This document shows positions 17,218 through 27,926 of a stretch of DNA of 56,470 nt, piece after piece (positions within the stretch are counted from its first letter, which is position 1; the number at the start of each line of letters is the position of its first letter). The notes below the pieces were generated by a model. It had not been told where the DNA came from. It saw only the letters and a program-made list of their open reading frames with translations, and did no database searches. Both the position numbers and the translations under genes were made by a program. This DNA is from Kiritimatiellia bacterium (lineage in GTDB: Bacteria > Verrucomicrobiota > Kiritimatiellia > SLAD01): the NCBI GenBank assembly GCA_007136425.1, contig SLGY01000191.1, positions 1-56,470 of the forward strand, given 5' to 3'.

Positions 17218-18714
17218 ATGAGTCGTAACCCGTATCTGGATCAGTTCCTCGCCTCCTTTCCTCATGAGGCGCTGACTTTTGACGACGTCACTCTGATCAC
17301 TCAGTACGCCGATCACCTTCCGGAAGAAGCCGATCTCTCCTCGCCTTTCACCGCCCGCATCCGACTGAACATCCCGTTTATCAGCGCCGCCATGGATACC
17401 GTGACCGAAACGGGAATGGCCGTGGCCATGGCCATGCAGGGAGGCATCGGCGTGATCCACAAAAATCTGGCGCCGCAAGAACAGGCCGACATCGTACATG
17501 CCGTGAAGGTGCACCTGAACGGACTGATTATGGATCCGGTGACCTTTCGGGCCGACCAGACCCTGGGCGATGTCCGCGCCGTCCGCCGCAGCCGTGGCTT
17601 GAGTTTTAACGGGTTTCCCATCGTGGATGAACGCGAACAGCTGGTCGGCATTCTCACATCGCGCGATATCAAATTCGCCGCAAACCCGGACGCGCCGATT
17701 CGTGACGTCATGACCGCAAACGTCATCTCTGCTCCGCCCGGCACAACGCTGAAAGAGGCGTACCGGATCATGCAAGCTGATCGGATCGGCAAGCTGCCGC
17801 TTCTGGAAAACGGGCGCTTGGTCGGACTGTACAGCTACACGGACGTGCGGTCGCTGATCGAAAACGAGCAACCGCTCATCAATCGAGATGCGAAGTATCG
17901 ATTGCGGGTGGCCGCGGCCGTTGGGCCGGGCGATTACGAGCGGGTCGAGTCCTTGATCCGACAGGAGGTGGACGTGCTCGTTCTCGACACCGCGCACGGA
18001 CACAGTCGGGGCGTCATCGAAATGACCCGATGGATCAAGGACTCCCATCCGGAAATCGACGTCGTGGCGGGCAATATAGCCACCGGCGAAGCCGCCTTGG
18101 CGCTGCGCGATGCCGGCGCCGATGCGGTCAAAGTGGGCATCGGCCCGGGCTCGATCTGCACCACCCGCGTGGTGGCCGGGGTCGGGATCCCACAGCTTTC
18201 CGCCATACACGCGTGTGCCGATGCCCTGGACGGGGCCATCCCCGTCATTGCCGATGGGGGCATTCGCAGTTCCGGAGACGCAGCCAAAGCGCTGGCCGCC
18301 GGCGCCGATGCCGTCATGATGGGCTCCGCGCTCGCCGGCACCGAGGAGAGTCCGGGCGAAAAGATGATTTATCAGGGACGCCAATATGTGGTCTATCGCG
18401 GCATGGGCAGCTTGGACGCGATGAAAAGCCGTTCCGGCAGCCGGGAACGCTATGACCAGGGTGGCGCGGCGGACGAGGAGCTCGTGCCGCAAGGCATTGA
18501 AGGGATGGTGCCCTTTGCCGGCACCGTGGAACAGGTGCTGAACCTCTATGCAGGCGGCTTGCGCGCCGCGATGGGATACTGTGGTTGTCGTTCGCTACCC
18601 GAATTGCAGACCAAAAGCCGTTTCATGCGAATCAGTCCGGCGGGCATGACGGAAGGACACGCTCACGACATCACAATAACGAAGGACGCGCCCAATTATC
18701 GATCGCGATCGTAG
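17218..18714 (+). CDS. guaB: IMP dehydrogenase
   Basis: LTFDDVTL, the tandem CBS insert, the catalytic loop [11 protein letters not shown], and [11 protein letters not shown] at 17218 is preferred over the TTG at 17164. Confidence 0.95.
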   Translation: MSRNPYLDQFLASFPHEALTFDDVTLITQYADHLPEEADLSSPFTARIRLNIPFISAAMDTVTETGMAVAMAMQGGIGVIHKNLAPQEQADIVHAVKVHLNGLIMDPVTFRADQTLGDVRAVRRSRGLSFNGFPIVDEREQLVGILTSRDIKFAANPDAPIRDVMTANVISAPPGTTLKEAYRIMQADRIGKLPLLENGRLVGLYSYTDVRSLIENEQPLINRDAKYRLRVAAAVGPGDYERVESLIRQEVDVLVLDTAHGHSRGVIEMTRWIKDSHPEIDVVAGNIATGEAALALRDAGADAVKVGIGPGSICTTRVVAGVGIPQLSAIHACADALDGAIPVIADGGIRSSGDAAKALAAGADAVMMGSALAGTEESPGEKMIYQGRQYVVYRGMGSLDAMKSRSGSRERYDQGGAADEELVPQGIEGMVPFAGTVEQVLNLYAGGLRAAMGYCGCRSLPELQTKSRFMRISPAGMTEGHAHDITITKDAPNYRSRS

Positions 18715-18756
18715 TCGTCCCATTCCCGGCGGGCCGCGCGGGCCATGCGTCCGGGT

Positions 18757-21700
18757 TCACGACGGGGATTCTACCGCCGGGAAGAGTACGCGAAACGTAC
18801 TTCCCTCCCCCGGAACGGTGTCGACAAGAATCGCCCCACCGTGCCCGCCGACAATACCCAACACAGCGGATAAACCCAAACCGCGTCCCGTGAATTTGGT
18901 CGAGAAAAACGGGTCAAACAGCCGCGTCAACGTATCTGCTTCCATCCCACACCCGTTGTCGGCCACTTCCACCCAGACAAATCGCCCCGGTTCAGCCCGA
19001 CGCTCCACATAACTTCGCGCAAGATACGTCGCATCGCAATTCCGTACGCCCGTGGACAACGTAACGTCTCCGGTTCGCGACTCCAGAGCTTCGGCGGCGT
19101 TGGTGATGAGGTTCATGATGATTTGTTGAACCTGGCCCGCATCCGCCCGAATCAGCGGCAGCTTGTCCTGCAAATGCAAGTCAAGCGTGACATTGTCCGA
19201 AACGACCGCCTTGAGCAATTGGGCGTTGGACTTAATCAACTCATTAACGTCGATCTCGTCCGCCTTGAAGATTCCTTTCCCTGTATAATCCAGCATCTGC
19301 CGCGTCAATTCCGCCGCACGCTGCGCCGCATTCGCGGCCTCGTCGATGCCCGACCGAACGCGCGTGCCGGCGGGCGCTTCCGCACCGGCCAGTTCAAGAT
19401 TTCCAAGAATGACCATCAAGAGGTTATTGAAATCATGCGCGATACCCCCGGCCATGATGCCCAAGCTCTCCAATTTCTGCGCGTGCTGCAGTTTTCGCTC
19501 CATTTCGAGCCGCTCATTTTCGATACGTTTTCGATCGGTGATATCCGAAAAAAGCGCCGCGAATTGGCCTTGCTTCGGTGAATAAGCCACAAGTTCAAAA
19601 CTCTTCTGAAGAGGTGGGAATTCGAATTCGCGGCGTAGCGCCTCACCCGTCAACGCCACCTGCAAACCGAGTTCTATCCAGCGGGCCGGGACATCCGGAA
19701 AAACTTCCCGCATGGTGCGTCCCACGACCTTTTCTCCTTTCATGCCCGTCTGTTGCTCGAATGCGGCATTGACTTCAATAAAGCGATAGTCCTTCGGCCC
19801 CTCTTTATCGTCGTGGACCACTTCGCAGAGCGCAAAGCCGCTGGTCATACTCGTGAAGAGCTTGCGATACTTTTCCTCGCTTTCGCGTAAAGCCTGTTCG
19901 GCCGAAAATTGGAGCGCAACGGACGCGACTTTCTCCCCGACTCGAAGCATGAAGTCCATGTCAGAATCATTGTAATGAACCGACCCGGTGTAATCCTGAA
20001 TGATCAAGGCGCCAAACGGGCGCCCTTCCTTTTTCAAGGGGATACCGATCCAATCGCTCGCCATCGCCCCAAGGGGCGCATATCCCGCCTCGCGCACCGT
20101 CTCTTGCGCTCCCGGCGCGGACCAGCGGAGCGCTTGGCCCCGCTCAAGTAAGTAATCCGTCAGCCCTTTCGCCGATGGGCGCGGAGGCGGAGGCGGATCC
20201 TGGTCGTCGCGGAAATAAGGGAAGTGAATCAAGCCCGTACGCTCATCTTGCAGGGCGAGCAACAGATTGCGTGTTGGAAGCAATTCGTCGATCACGGGCT
20301 GCATATCTTCACAGAAAGCGGTTAACGAGGTGGCCGATTCCGCAATCGCCCCGAGACGATACAGGGCCTCGCGCATATGTTCCCAGCGTTTCCGCTCCGT
20401 TGTGTCGCGTCCTACAGCAATAACCACCGGGCGCCCGAAATAAGTGGCCGGGGCCAAGCTCACATCCTTCGGGAAAACGGTGCCATCGCGACGTCGTCCC
20501 CAGAACTCGAACGATTGCGGCTCGCCGCCCAGCGCGGTCGCGACCTTCTCCGCCACTTTCGCCAGATCGTTCCGGCCGGGAGCGGATAGAAATTCGGGAG
20601 TACGTCCAATGAACGTTTCACGTTCATATCCGTACATGCGCTCCGCGGCGGCGTTGACATCAAGAAAGCGGCCCTCGCCGTCCTGTACATAGACGGCCTC
20701 GCTGACGCTGTCGATCAGATCGCGATAGGTCGTTTCCGATTCTCTCTCACGCTCTTCCGCCCGGCGTCGAGCGGTAATATCCATGGAGGTGCCGATACAA
20801 CGCACCGGTGCGCCCGTGCCGGTGTATTGGATCACGCTTCCTCGCACCAGGAGCACAACCCATCGGCCGGACTTGTGCCGGATACGGTATTCGGTCTTGA
20901 ATTCGTCACTGGCGCCTTGAACAACCGCATCAAGCGCGCACAAGACGCGCCCCCGATCCTTCGGATGCAGCAACATCTTCCAGCCGTCGATATGCGGTTT
21001 CCCCTCGTCCTGCTCGTAACCCAATAGCTTCTGATAGCCTTCATCGTAGATGATTTGCCCGCTGGGCACGTGCCAATCCCAGATTACGAGGTCCCCGCTT
21101 CTCAACGCCAACTGCAACAGGGCCGCCCATCGCTGCTCGCTTTTTTGCCGGATGATGACATAGAGCCCAAGCAGAAGCATGGACGCAAACAGGACCCCAC
21201 CGATCCCGAGCAAGCGCGCTTGCGCGATATGCCGCTCCTGTTCCATGGGCGATAGCGCCTCGGCGAGGGCAGCGTTCAGGCGCAATTGGTCCTGCTTCAA
21301 TAGATCCGCCCGACGATGCCCCAGCCCGTTCACGACCAACAGGCCCGTTACAATCAAGAGGATCATTATCGCCGCAACCCCGCGCACGCTATATCTGTTG
21401 AGCGCAGAGATATATCGGCCCATCTGTTCTTCCCAATTCAGCTCGTATGCCCGCCAGACACCTACGGCAATCAGGCAGGCCGCCAGCATGCGGAACACGG
21501 GTACGGGCACGCCCACCCCGCGCAACCAAGCGTCCCGATCGGGCCAGAACAAAGGGAGCCCCTCGTACGGCGCCACAATCAATCCCGCCAACAGGGCATA
21601 GACGAACATGGCGCCGGTAGCCAGCCGCCATGCGGCCCGGGATCGCCCCTCCGCACCGGCAGCCACAGTCGCGAACCCCCATGCGGCCAAAAGCCCTCCC

Positions 21701-22125
21701 GGCAAGCCAAGCAAGAAACGAGCCCAAATGAACCCGCTGTCCAGCGTGCCATGACGCCAGATTCCCCACCCAAACAGGAGCAGGAACGGCCCGTAGATCC
21801 AGAGACCCGGCCGCGTATTCCGTTGGACAACCACATGGCGCCGGCCGAATTCGAACAGAGCCAAGAAGGATGAAGTCAAAAAGAGTAGACGCACCAGATC
21901 AAACGGCGGCGCGGGTTGTATTGACAGCGCAATCATGTCCAGCCATTCATTGACCCCGTGCAAAAGGGCAAAAGCCGTCAGCCAACCGGAGGCAAACCCT
22001 CGCGGCGCTCGACGCCCGTGCGCCAGACAAACAACAGCCAGAAAAACAAACGACAGTCCGTAGAGGAAATAGATGTAATCCAAGTTTTGTATCCACACAT
22101 TCATGTACGGACCAATCTTACGCAC
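18757..22125 (-). CDS. sensor histidine kinase: polytopic N-terminal membrane domain, PAS, PAS, GAF, PAS, HisKA, HATPase
   Basis: About 9 hydrophobic helices in the first 330 aa or so. PAS-like blocks, a GAF-like block (WIGIPLKKEGRPFGALIIQDY), an H-box GGIAHDFNNLL, and the ATPase motifs DNGCGM and GRGLGLS. There is no receiver domain and no adjacent response regulator. Confidence 0.85.
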   Translation of the reverse strand: MRKIGPYMNVWIQNLDYIYFLYGLSFVFLAVVCLAHGRRAPRGFASGWLTAFALLHGVNEWLDMIALSIQPAPPFDLVRLLFLTSSFLALFEFGRRHVVVQRNTRPGLWIYGPFLLLFGWGIWRHGTLDSGFIWARFLLGLPGGLLAAWGFATVAAGAEGRSRAAWRLATGAMFVYALLAGLIVAPYEGLPLFWPDRDAWLRGVGVPVPVFRMLAACLIAVGVWRAYELNWEEQMGRYISALNRYSVRGVAAIMILLIVTGLLVVNGLGHRRADLLKQDQLRLNAALAEALSPMEQERHIAQARLLGIGGVLFASMLLLGLYVIIRQKSEQRWAALLQLALRSGDLVIWDWHVPSGQIIYDEGYQKLLGYEQDEGKPHIDGWKMLLHPKDRGRVLCALDAVVQGASDEFKTEYRIRHKSGRWVVLLVRGSVIQYTGTGAPVRCIGTSMDITARRRAEERERESETTYRDLIDSVSEAVYVQDGEGRFLDVNAAAERMYGYERETFIGRTPEFLSAPGRNDLAKVAEKVATALGGEPQSFEFWGRRRDGTVFPKDVSLAPATYFGRPVVIAVGRDTTERKRWEHMREALYRLGAIAESATSLTAFCEDMQPVIDELLPTRNLLLALQDERTGLIHFPYFRDDQDPPPPPRPSAKGLTDYLLERGQALRWSAPGAQETVREAGYAPLGAMASDWIGIPLKKEGRPFGALIIQDYTGSVHYNDSDMDFMLRVGEKVASVALQFSAEQALRESEEKYRKLFTSMTSGFALCEVVHDDKEGPKDYRFIEVNAAFEQQTGMKGEKVVGRTMREVFPDVPARWIELGLQVALTGEALRREFEFPPLQKSFELVAYSPKQGQFAALFSDITDRKRIENERLEMERKLQHAQKLESLGIMAGGIAHDFNNLLMVILGNLELAGAEAPAGTRVRSGIDEAANAAQRAAELTRQMLDYTGKGIFKADEIDVNELIKSNAQLLKAVVSDNVTLDLHLQDKLPLIRADAGQVQQIIMNLITNAAEALESRTGDVTLSTGVRNCDATYLARSYVERRAEPGRFVWVEVADNGCGMEADTLTRLFDPFFSTKFTGRGLGLSAVLGIVGGHGGAILVDTVPGEGSTFRVLFPAVESPS

Positions 22126-22203
22126 ACCATGTTACACAGCGGAGTTTATCAACTTCGGCCATTTTCAGCAAGCATATTGCACCTCGATCGTTTACGCTGG
22201 ATA

Positions 22204-22827
22204 ATGACGACGATGAGTACCGGGACATTCTTCAAGATGATGTGGCCCGCCATGGGATTGATGGCGCTGCTTTGGCCTGCCGCAGCCCCGGCCCTCGCCG
22301 CAGACCATGCGCCGTACGCCCGCGAAAGCTCCGGTTGGGCGGCGGCGGTGTATGTGGGGCGCCATACGGATACGCGCTTCATCGAAATCATTCAGGGCGA
22401 AACGCGGTTCCGGGATTCGTACGTAACGGCCGTCGCGCTTTCGCGCACATGGGCGCGATGGGCCGACGTCGCCGTTTGGGACGCCGAAATACAATTCGCC
22501 AAACACGCAGGCCGTCAACATCACGGAGAAATAAATGCCGCGATCCTCCTACGCTGGATTCGATTCCCGTGGGATCAGCAATGGCGCACTTCCATCGCGC
22601 TCGGGATCGGCCCTTCCATCGCCTCCTCCACACCAAAGATCGAGCGTGACCGCGGCAAACGCACGGCGCGACGCCTCGCATTCATGCCCTTCGAGATCAC
22701 CGCGGCCCCGCTCCAAGGGCGATGGGAAGGGTTTGTCCGCGTGCACCACCGTTCCGGGGCCTTCGATACGATCAGTCGCGGCACGGGATCGAACTTTGTG
22801 GCTGGAGGCGTCCGCGTGAGCTGGTGA
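22204..22827 (+). CDS. PagL-like / acyloxyacyl hydrolase family outer-membrane protein (putative lipid A deacylase)
   Basis: Signal peptide MMWPAMGLMALLWPAAAPALA, a beta-rich body of about 180 aa, and HHRSG near the C-terminus resembling the His...Ser pair of this family. ATG at 22204; the upstream ORF portion overlaps the kinase gene. Confidence 0.4.
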   Translation: MTTMSTGTFFKMMWPAMGLMALLWPAAAPALAADHAPYARESSGWAAAVYVGRHTDTRFIEIIQGETRFRDSYVTAVALSRTWARWADVAVWDAEIQFAKHAGRQHHGEINAAILLRWIRFPWDQQWRTSIALGIGPSIASSTPKIERDRGKRTARRLAFMPFEITAAPLQGRWEGFVRVHHRSGAFDTISRGTGSNFVAGGVRVSW

Positions 22828-22860
22828 ACCCACACGCTTGCTCATGGGCGGCGAGAAATG

Positions 22861-22894
22861 CCGGAAGCGCCCCGCTTCAGCAGGGCGCTTCCGG
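22861..22894. terminator. perfect 12-bp-stem hairpin between convergent genes (candidate bidirectional terminator)
   Basis: CCGGAAGCGCCC, a 10-nt loop, then GGGCGCTTCCGG followed by ATTT. It lies between the stop of 22204..22827 (+) and the metK stop (-). Confidence 0.5.
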
Positions 22895-22926
22895 ATTTGC
22901 GCGAAATCAAGCTATGGCAACACGTA

Positions 22927-24105
22927 TCAGATCGCCGCTTTAAGCGCGTCAACCTTGTCCGTGCGTTCCCACGTAAATTTATCGAGCTGCGTTGTGCGCC
23001 CGAAATGGCCGTACGCCGAGGTCGGCTCGTAAATGGGCCGCATCAGGTCCAACTGTTTGACGATCTCGGCGGGCTTTAATCCGAACACCTTGCGAATAGC
23101 GGCTTCGATCTTGCGATGCTCGTATTTGCCCGTGCCGAACGTGTCAACCAGCACCGACACCGGCTCGGGAAACCCGATCGCATAAGCCAACTGCACCTCG
23201 CACCGATGCGCCAGCTTCGCGGCAATGACGTTCTTGGCGACATAACGGGCCATATAGGTGGCGCTGCGGTCGACCTTAGACGGGTCCTTGCCCGAAAACG
23301 CGCCGCCGCCGTGCCGGCCCATGCCCCCGTAGGTGTCCACGATGATCTTGCGCCCGGTCAGGCCGCAATCGCCTTGAGGACCGCCCACCACGAAGCGGCC
23401 GGTCGGGTTAATGAGATAGCGCGTCTTCTTATCGATCATCTTCGCCGGGATATTCGGCTTGATCACTTCTTCGATAATACCGTCGCGCAACTTCTTGTTG
23501 GTCACGTCCGCCGTGTGTTGGCTGGAGATCACCACCGTATCCACGCGCACGGGTTTCCCGTCCTCGTACACTACGGAAACCTGCGATTTCCCGTCCGGCA
23601 GAAGGAACGGCAACTTGCTGGAACGACGCGTCTTCGCCAGCGCGCGGGTGAGGCGATGCGATAACATGATCGGCATCGGCATCAATTCACGCGTTTCGTC
23701 GCAGGCGTAACCGAACATCATCCCCTGATCGCCAGCGCCCTGTTCCGCCGTGGCCTTGCCCTTGGCCTTCTTCGCGTCCACGCCCTGCCCGATGTCCGGC
23801 GACTGCCGGTCCAGCGCGACGAGAACGGCGCACGTGTTTCCGTCGAATCCGATCGAAGAATCCGTGTATCCGATCCGTTTGATCTTGTCCCGTACGATAT
23901 CCGCATAATTGACGGTGGCGCGGGTGGTGATTTCGCCCGCCACGACGGTCATCCCCGTCTTTACCAGCGTCTCACACGCCACACGGCTGCCGGGATCGAT
24001 TTCCAACACGGCATCAAGAACGGCGTCCGATACGCCATCACACACTTTGTCCGGATGTCCTTCGGTTACGGATTCGGAAGTGAACAGGTAACTGTTTTTC
24101 GACAT
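22927..24105 (-). CDS. metK: S-adenosylmethionine synthetase
   Basis: [25 protein letters not shown], and [25 protein letters not shown]. Confidence 0.97.
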   Translation of the reverse strand: MSKNSYLFTSESVTEGHPDKVCDGVSDAVLDAVLEIDPGSRVACETLVKTGMTVVAGEITTRATVNYADIVRDKIKRIGYTDSSIGFDGNTCAVLVALDRQSPDIGQGVDAKKAKGKATAEQGAGDQGMMFGYACDETRELMPMPIMLSHRLTRALAKTRRSSKLPFLLPDGKSQVSVVYEDGKPVRVDTVVISSQHTADVTNKKLRDGIIEEVIKPNIPAKMIDKKTRYLINPTGRFVVGGPQGDCGLTGRKIIVDTYGGMGRHGGGAFSGKDPSKVDRSATYMARYVAKNVIAAKLAHRCEVQLAYAIGFPEPVSVLVDTFGTGKYEHRKIEAAIRKVFGLKPAEIVKQLDLMRPIYEPTSAYGHFGRTTQLDKFTWERTDKVDALKAAI

Positions 24106-24148
24106 ACTTCTCCTCTTTCTCTCTTCTTTTAAGAGGCCTCAGCCTCTC

Positions 24149-25918
24149 TTATTCCATTAATTGAATGATTTCCGGCGCCACTTCTTGCGTCAATTCGCGA
24201 CAAAGATCAAGTACTTCCTTGGGCGAGACGGACGCCAGCGCTTTTGCGGCCAACTCTTCAGCCTGCGTGTAACGGAGTTTTCGTATCACATCCTTGACCA
24301 TCGGCGCCAGCGACGGGCTGACGCTCAATTCGTCCGCGCCCAAGCCGACCAGCAAGGGGACAAGCAACGGGTTCCCGGCCATTTCACCGCAGATCCCCGA
24401 CCAGATACTGTGTTGATGGCTGATATCGATGGTGTTCTTCAATAATTTCAGAATCGCGGGGTGGGTCGGTTTGTATAGATACGCGATGCGTTCGTTGACG
24501 CGATCCACGGCCAACGTGTACTGCACAAGATCATTCGTACCGATACTGAAAAAACGTACGTGCGGGGCGATCAGATCGGCGACCAAGGCCGCGGACGGCA
24601 CCTCGATCATCACCCCCACGTCCAGGTCGTCGTTGAATTTCTTGCCGGCTTCGCGCAATTCGGCCTTGGCCTCTTCCAACAACGCGTTGGCCTGGAGGAC
24701 TTCATCGACACTGCTGACCATGGGATACATGATCTTCACGTTTTCCGATGCACTCGCGCGCAGAATAGCGCGCAACTGCGTTTTGAAAATGTCCGGTTGC
24801 GCCAGGCAAAAACGGATCGCACGCCAGCCCATGAACGGATTAAGCTCCGGCGCCGTGCGCATATGCGAAAGGAACTTGTCGCCGCCGAGATCGATCGTGC
24901 GGATGATCGCGGGATCGGGGAAAAGTCGCCGCGCGAGATCGGCATAGACCTCGTATTGCTCCTCTTCGCTCGGCAAACTCTCGCGTGACAGAAACAGATA
25001 TTCGCTGCGGAACAGGCCGACCCCTCGCGCGCCGTGCGCCCGGACGGACGCGGCGTCTTCGGGCCGCTCAATATTCGCCGAAAGCAAGACCTGATACCCG
25101 TCCAGCGTTTCGGCAGGCTCGTCTTTCAGACGGGTCAGTTCGGTTTCGATATGCTTACGATTCTCAAGCAGTTTTCCGTATCGATCCAGCCGTTCCCGGG
25201 AAGGATGAATGATGAAGAGCCCCTTGCCTCCGTCGACCAATACCTCGTCGCCGACGGAGACCCGCACGCTCACATCGTGCAACCCGACGATGGCCGGGAT
25301 CCCGATGGCGCGTGCCATGATGGCCGTGTGCGAGGTCGGACTGCCCAAATCGGTGGCAAAACCGATCACCTTATCCTTATCCATGGTCGCGGTTTCGGAC
25401 GGCGCCAGGTCGTTGGCCACCACGATGCACGGTTCCTCCATTTCCATGATGTCGGAACGGGATTTTCCCGAAAGGTTGCGCAGGATACGGCGGGTGACAT
25501 CGCGCACGTCGGCGGCGCGTTCGCGCAGATAATCGTCTTCAATGCGGCCCAACGCTTCCGCGTACCGTTCCGCCACTTCATACAACACCGCCTCGACATT
25601 CCGATGATGCGCGCTCAAGCCCCGAATGACTTCTTCCACGAAGGCGCGATCATCCACCACCAACAAGTGCGCGTCGAATATACCCGCATTGTCCTGGCCG
25701 ATGGCCGCACTGACTTTCTGCTGGATCTCATGAATCTGGCGGCGCGTCTCGATCAGCGCCTCTTCAAACCGGGCCACTTCGCGCGGAATCTCATCGCCGG
25801 TGATTTCACGTTCAACGAAACGATCCTCTTCCGTGGTCAACAGAAAGGCCTTGCCGATAACAACGCCCGGGGATACGCCGATCCCTTCCAAAATGATTTC
25901 CCTGGGCTGATCAGCCAT
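24149..25918 (-). CDS. ptsI: phosphoenolpyruvate-protein phosphotransferase (PTS Enzyme I)
   Basis: GSPTSHTAIMARA (active-site His), the PEP-utilising C-domain FFSIGTNDLVQY, and 589 aa with no N-terminal GAF domain. Confidence 0.93.
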   Translation of the reverse strand: MADQPREIILEGIGVSPGVVIGKAFLLTTEEDRFVEREITGDEIPREVARFEEALIETRRQIHEIQQKVSAAIGQDNAGIFDAHLLVVDDRAFVEEVIRGLSAHHRNVEAVLYEVAERYAEALGRIEDDYLRERAADVRDVTRRILRNLSGKSRSDIMEMEEPCIVVANDLAPSETATMDKDKVIGFATDLGSPTSHTAIMARAIGIPAIVGLHDVSVRVSVGDEVLVDGGKGLFIIHPSRERLDRYGKLLENRKHIETELTRLKDEPAETLDGYQVLLSANIERPEDAASVRAHGARGVGLFRSEYLFLSRESLPSEEEQYEVYADLARRLFPDPAIIRTIDLGGDKFLSHMRTAPELNPFMGWRAIRFCLAQPDIFKTQLRAILRASASENVKIMYPMVSSVDEVLQANALLEEAKAELREAGKKFNDDLDVGVMIEVPSAALVADLIAPHVRFFSIGTNDLVQYTLAVDRVNERIAYLYKPTHPAILKLLKNTIDISHQHSIWSGICGEMAGNPLLVPLLVGLGADELSVSPSLAPMVKDVIRKLRYTQAEELAAKALASVSPKEVLDLCRELTQEVAPEIIQLME

Positions 25919-26058
25919 GGCGTGTATCCCGCGCGCAGAAACCCGAAACGGAAGCAGGCCATGCCGATCCCCGCCGCCGTCCGGTCGGCCGGCGAACCCG
26001 CAATCTTGCCCGGAACAGCGCGGGCGCCGTGACGGACAATTCGTTTTCGCAATGGGAT

Positions 26059-26358
26059 CTACTCTTCATCAAATTTATTACGGATCAGCTCTTCTATCGC
26101 GTCCAACGCCTCTTCCGCGTCGGGCCCGTCCGCGTGCACCTTCATAGTGGATCCCGCATACAATTCCAAGGTCAAAAGCCCCATGATACTCTTGCCGGAG
26201 ACTTTTGTTCCGTCCTTTTCGACCTGAATATCCGACTCGAATTTACCGGCCACCTTGATGAACATGGCCGCCGGACGGGCGTGCATGCCGTGTTTGTTCG
26301 CCAGCTTTATGTCACGGCTGAGCGCGGTCGTAGCGGCGGATGAACGGTCCTTCGTCAT
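26059..26358 (-). CDS. ptsH: phosphocarrier protein HPr
   Basis: NKHGMHARPAA (His-15 site) and GKSIMGLLTL (Ser-46 site). The start may be internal to the ORF. Confidence 0.9.
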   Translation of the reverse strand: MTKDRSSAATTALSRDIKLANKHGMHARPAAMFIKVAGKFESDIQVEKDGTKVSGKSIMGLLTLELYAGSTMKVHADGPDAEEALDAIEELIRNKFDEE

Positions 26359-27293
26359 AACCGGCGCTTCCTTTCCAGCGCGCGCACCAATTTCTCGTCC
26401 AACTCCTTGGCCGCGTCATGGCCCAGTTGCTTGAGCTTCTGGTTCAACGCCGCCACCTCGACCACATGCGCGATATCGCGTCCCGCCGCGACGGGAATGG
26501 TCAACAGCGGCACCTCCCGGTCCAACACGGTCTGCGTTTCGGAATTCAACCCCGTGCGATCGTAATCCTCCTCCGGATCAAAGCGCTCAAGACGCACAAT
26601 CAAATCCAAATGGACTTCGCGCCGCATGGAAGCCACACCGAACAAGCTTGGAATATGAATGATCCCCAAACCGCGTATTTCCATGTGATAGCGCGTCATG
26701 TCCTCCGCATAGCCGATGATCGCGCCCGTGCTGTCCTTCCTGAGCACCGTCAGATCGTCGGACACGAGACTATGCCCGCGCTCGATCAGCGCCAGCGCCG
26801 TCTCGCTCTTGCCGATGCCCGCACGCCCTTCCATCAAGACGCCCATGCCCATGATTTCAATCATCGTTCCCTGATACCGAATAACGGGCGCCGTCAGGTT
26901 CTCCATCACCAGCGTGGCCCCGTTGATGAAGCGGTTCGTGATCATCGGCGTCCTCAGAAGCGGCACCTTGAATTCCTCCGCGCATTCCAACAGCTCGGGA
27001 AACGGTTGCCGGTTTCTTGTGAGGACCAGGCAGGGAACCTTCTTCCCATACAGCATGCGCAAGCGTTGCCGGCGCTCTTCGCCCGAAAGACTCTTCAAGT
27101 AGGCGTTTTCCGCCAAGCCAAGCACCTGTACGCGCAAATGGGCAAAATGCTGGAAGAACCCCGCCAAAGCCAGTCCAGGCCGATTCAGCGCCTGCTCTTT
27201 AATCACGCGGTTCAAATGCCGCTCGCCGGCCACGACATCCAACGAGAACGGTTCGCGACCCTCTTCCAGAAACTGTTCAACCGTAATGCTCAA
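26355..27293 (-). CDS. hprK: HPr kinase/phosphorylase
   Basis: P-loop GRAGIGKSETALALIERGH, LVSDD, and EIRGLGII. The stop overlaps the ptsH start. Confidence 0.93.
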   Translation of the reverse strand: MSITVEQFLEEGREPFSLDVVAGERHLNRVIKEQALNRPGLALAGFFQHFAHLRVQVLGLAENAYLKSLSGEERRQRLRMLYGKKVPCLVLTRNRQPFPELLECAEEFKVPLLRTPMITNRFINGATLVMENLTAPVIRYQGTMIEIMGMGVLMEGRAGIGKSETALALIERGHSLVSDDLTVLRKDSTGAIIGYAEDMTRYHMEIRGLGIIHIPSLFGVASMRREVHLDLIVRLERFDPEEDYDRTGLNSETQTVLDREVPLLTIPVAAGRDIAHVVEVAALNQKLKQLGHDAAKELDEKLVRALERKRRL

Positions 27294-27556
27294 TATTCGT
27301 CCCCTAATTCATTCCTCGCGACAATACACCCCGCGCGTCGTCGATTACCGGGAGGGTTCGTGTGTAACGTCTTAAACAAGAGAGTGTTCTGACGATTTCG
27401 ATAGCGATATGTCCACAACACGCGCGATACGTAACACATCCACGAAGCGCAGGGCAAGACCGAAACCCGGTTAAGACCGACACCCACGCGAGGCGTCGCG
27501 CGGCCCTGCGTCAAGGGAATATTCGTAATTCGCTATAAAAAGGAGGCTTATATAAC

Positions 27557-27907
27557 TCAGGTTTGGTTCTGACGTGCCTCGAGTTCAGCTTCCATTTCGC
27601 CGAGCGATTCCTGCGATTTGTGGTCCACCAGCTTGTCGCGACTGCGCCGCAACTGTTTCGTGGCCTTGTCTACGGCGCTGTCGATCGAGGCGTACATGTC
27701 GCTGGTTTCATCCTTCGCGTCGACCACGACATGGTTCGGGGCATGCACGATCAGTTCAGCCATCTGACGGTGTTTCTCCACGTCCAACACGACATGCGCG
27801 CTTTGCAGGCGGGGAAACTCGGAATTGAGCTTCTCCAAGCGGCTCTGCGCATGGTCGCGCAGGGCGTCCGTGAGTTCCATATGACGGCCTGTAATGCTGA
27901 TTTGCAT
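27557..27907 (-). CDS. hpf: ribosome hibernation promoting factor, short form
   Basis: MQISITGRHMELTDALRDHAQSRLEKL is a typical RaiA/HPF N-domain. At 116 aa it has no C-terminal dimerisation domain. Confidence 0.88.
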   Translation of the reverse strand: MQISITGRHMELTDALRDHAQSRLEKLNSEFPRLQSAHVVLDVEKHRQMAELIVHAPNHVVVDAKDETSDMYASIDSAVDKATKQLRRSRDKLVDHKSQESLGEMEAELEARQNQT

Positions 27908-27926
27908 GGCTCCTCCTCCCGGTTGG

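Noticed and set aside
17074-18492. 472-aa ORF on the minus strand
   Set aside because: It lies entirely antisense to guaB, which has unambiguous IMPDH motifs. The composition is Ala/Gly/Arg-rich as expected for a GC-rich shadow frame. Such antisense ORFs are a known source of spurious annotations.
24106-24148. SAM riboswitch upstream of metK
   Set aside because: Only 43 nt separate the ptsI stop from the metK start. This leaves room for a small 6-bp hairpin and an AGGAG RBS, which is far too short for a SAM-I/II/IV aptamer.
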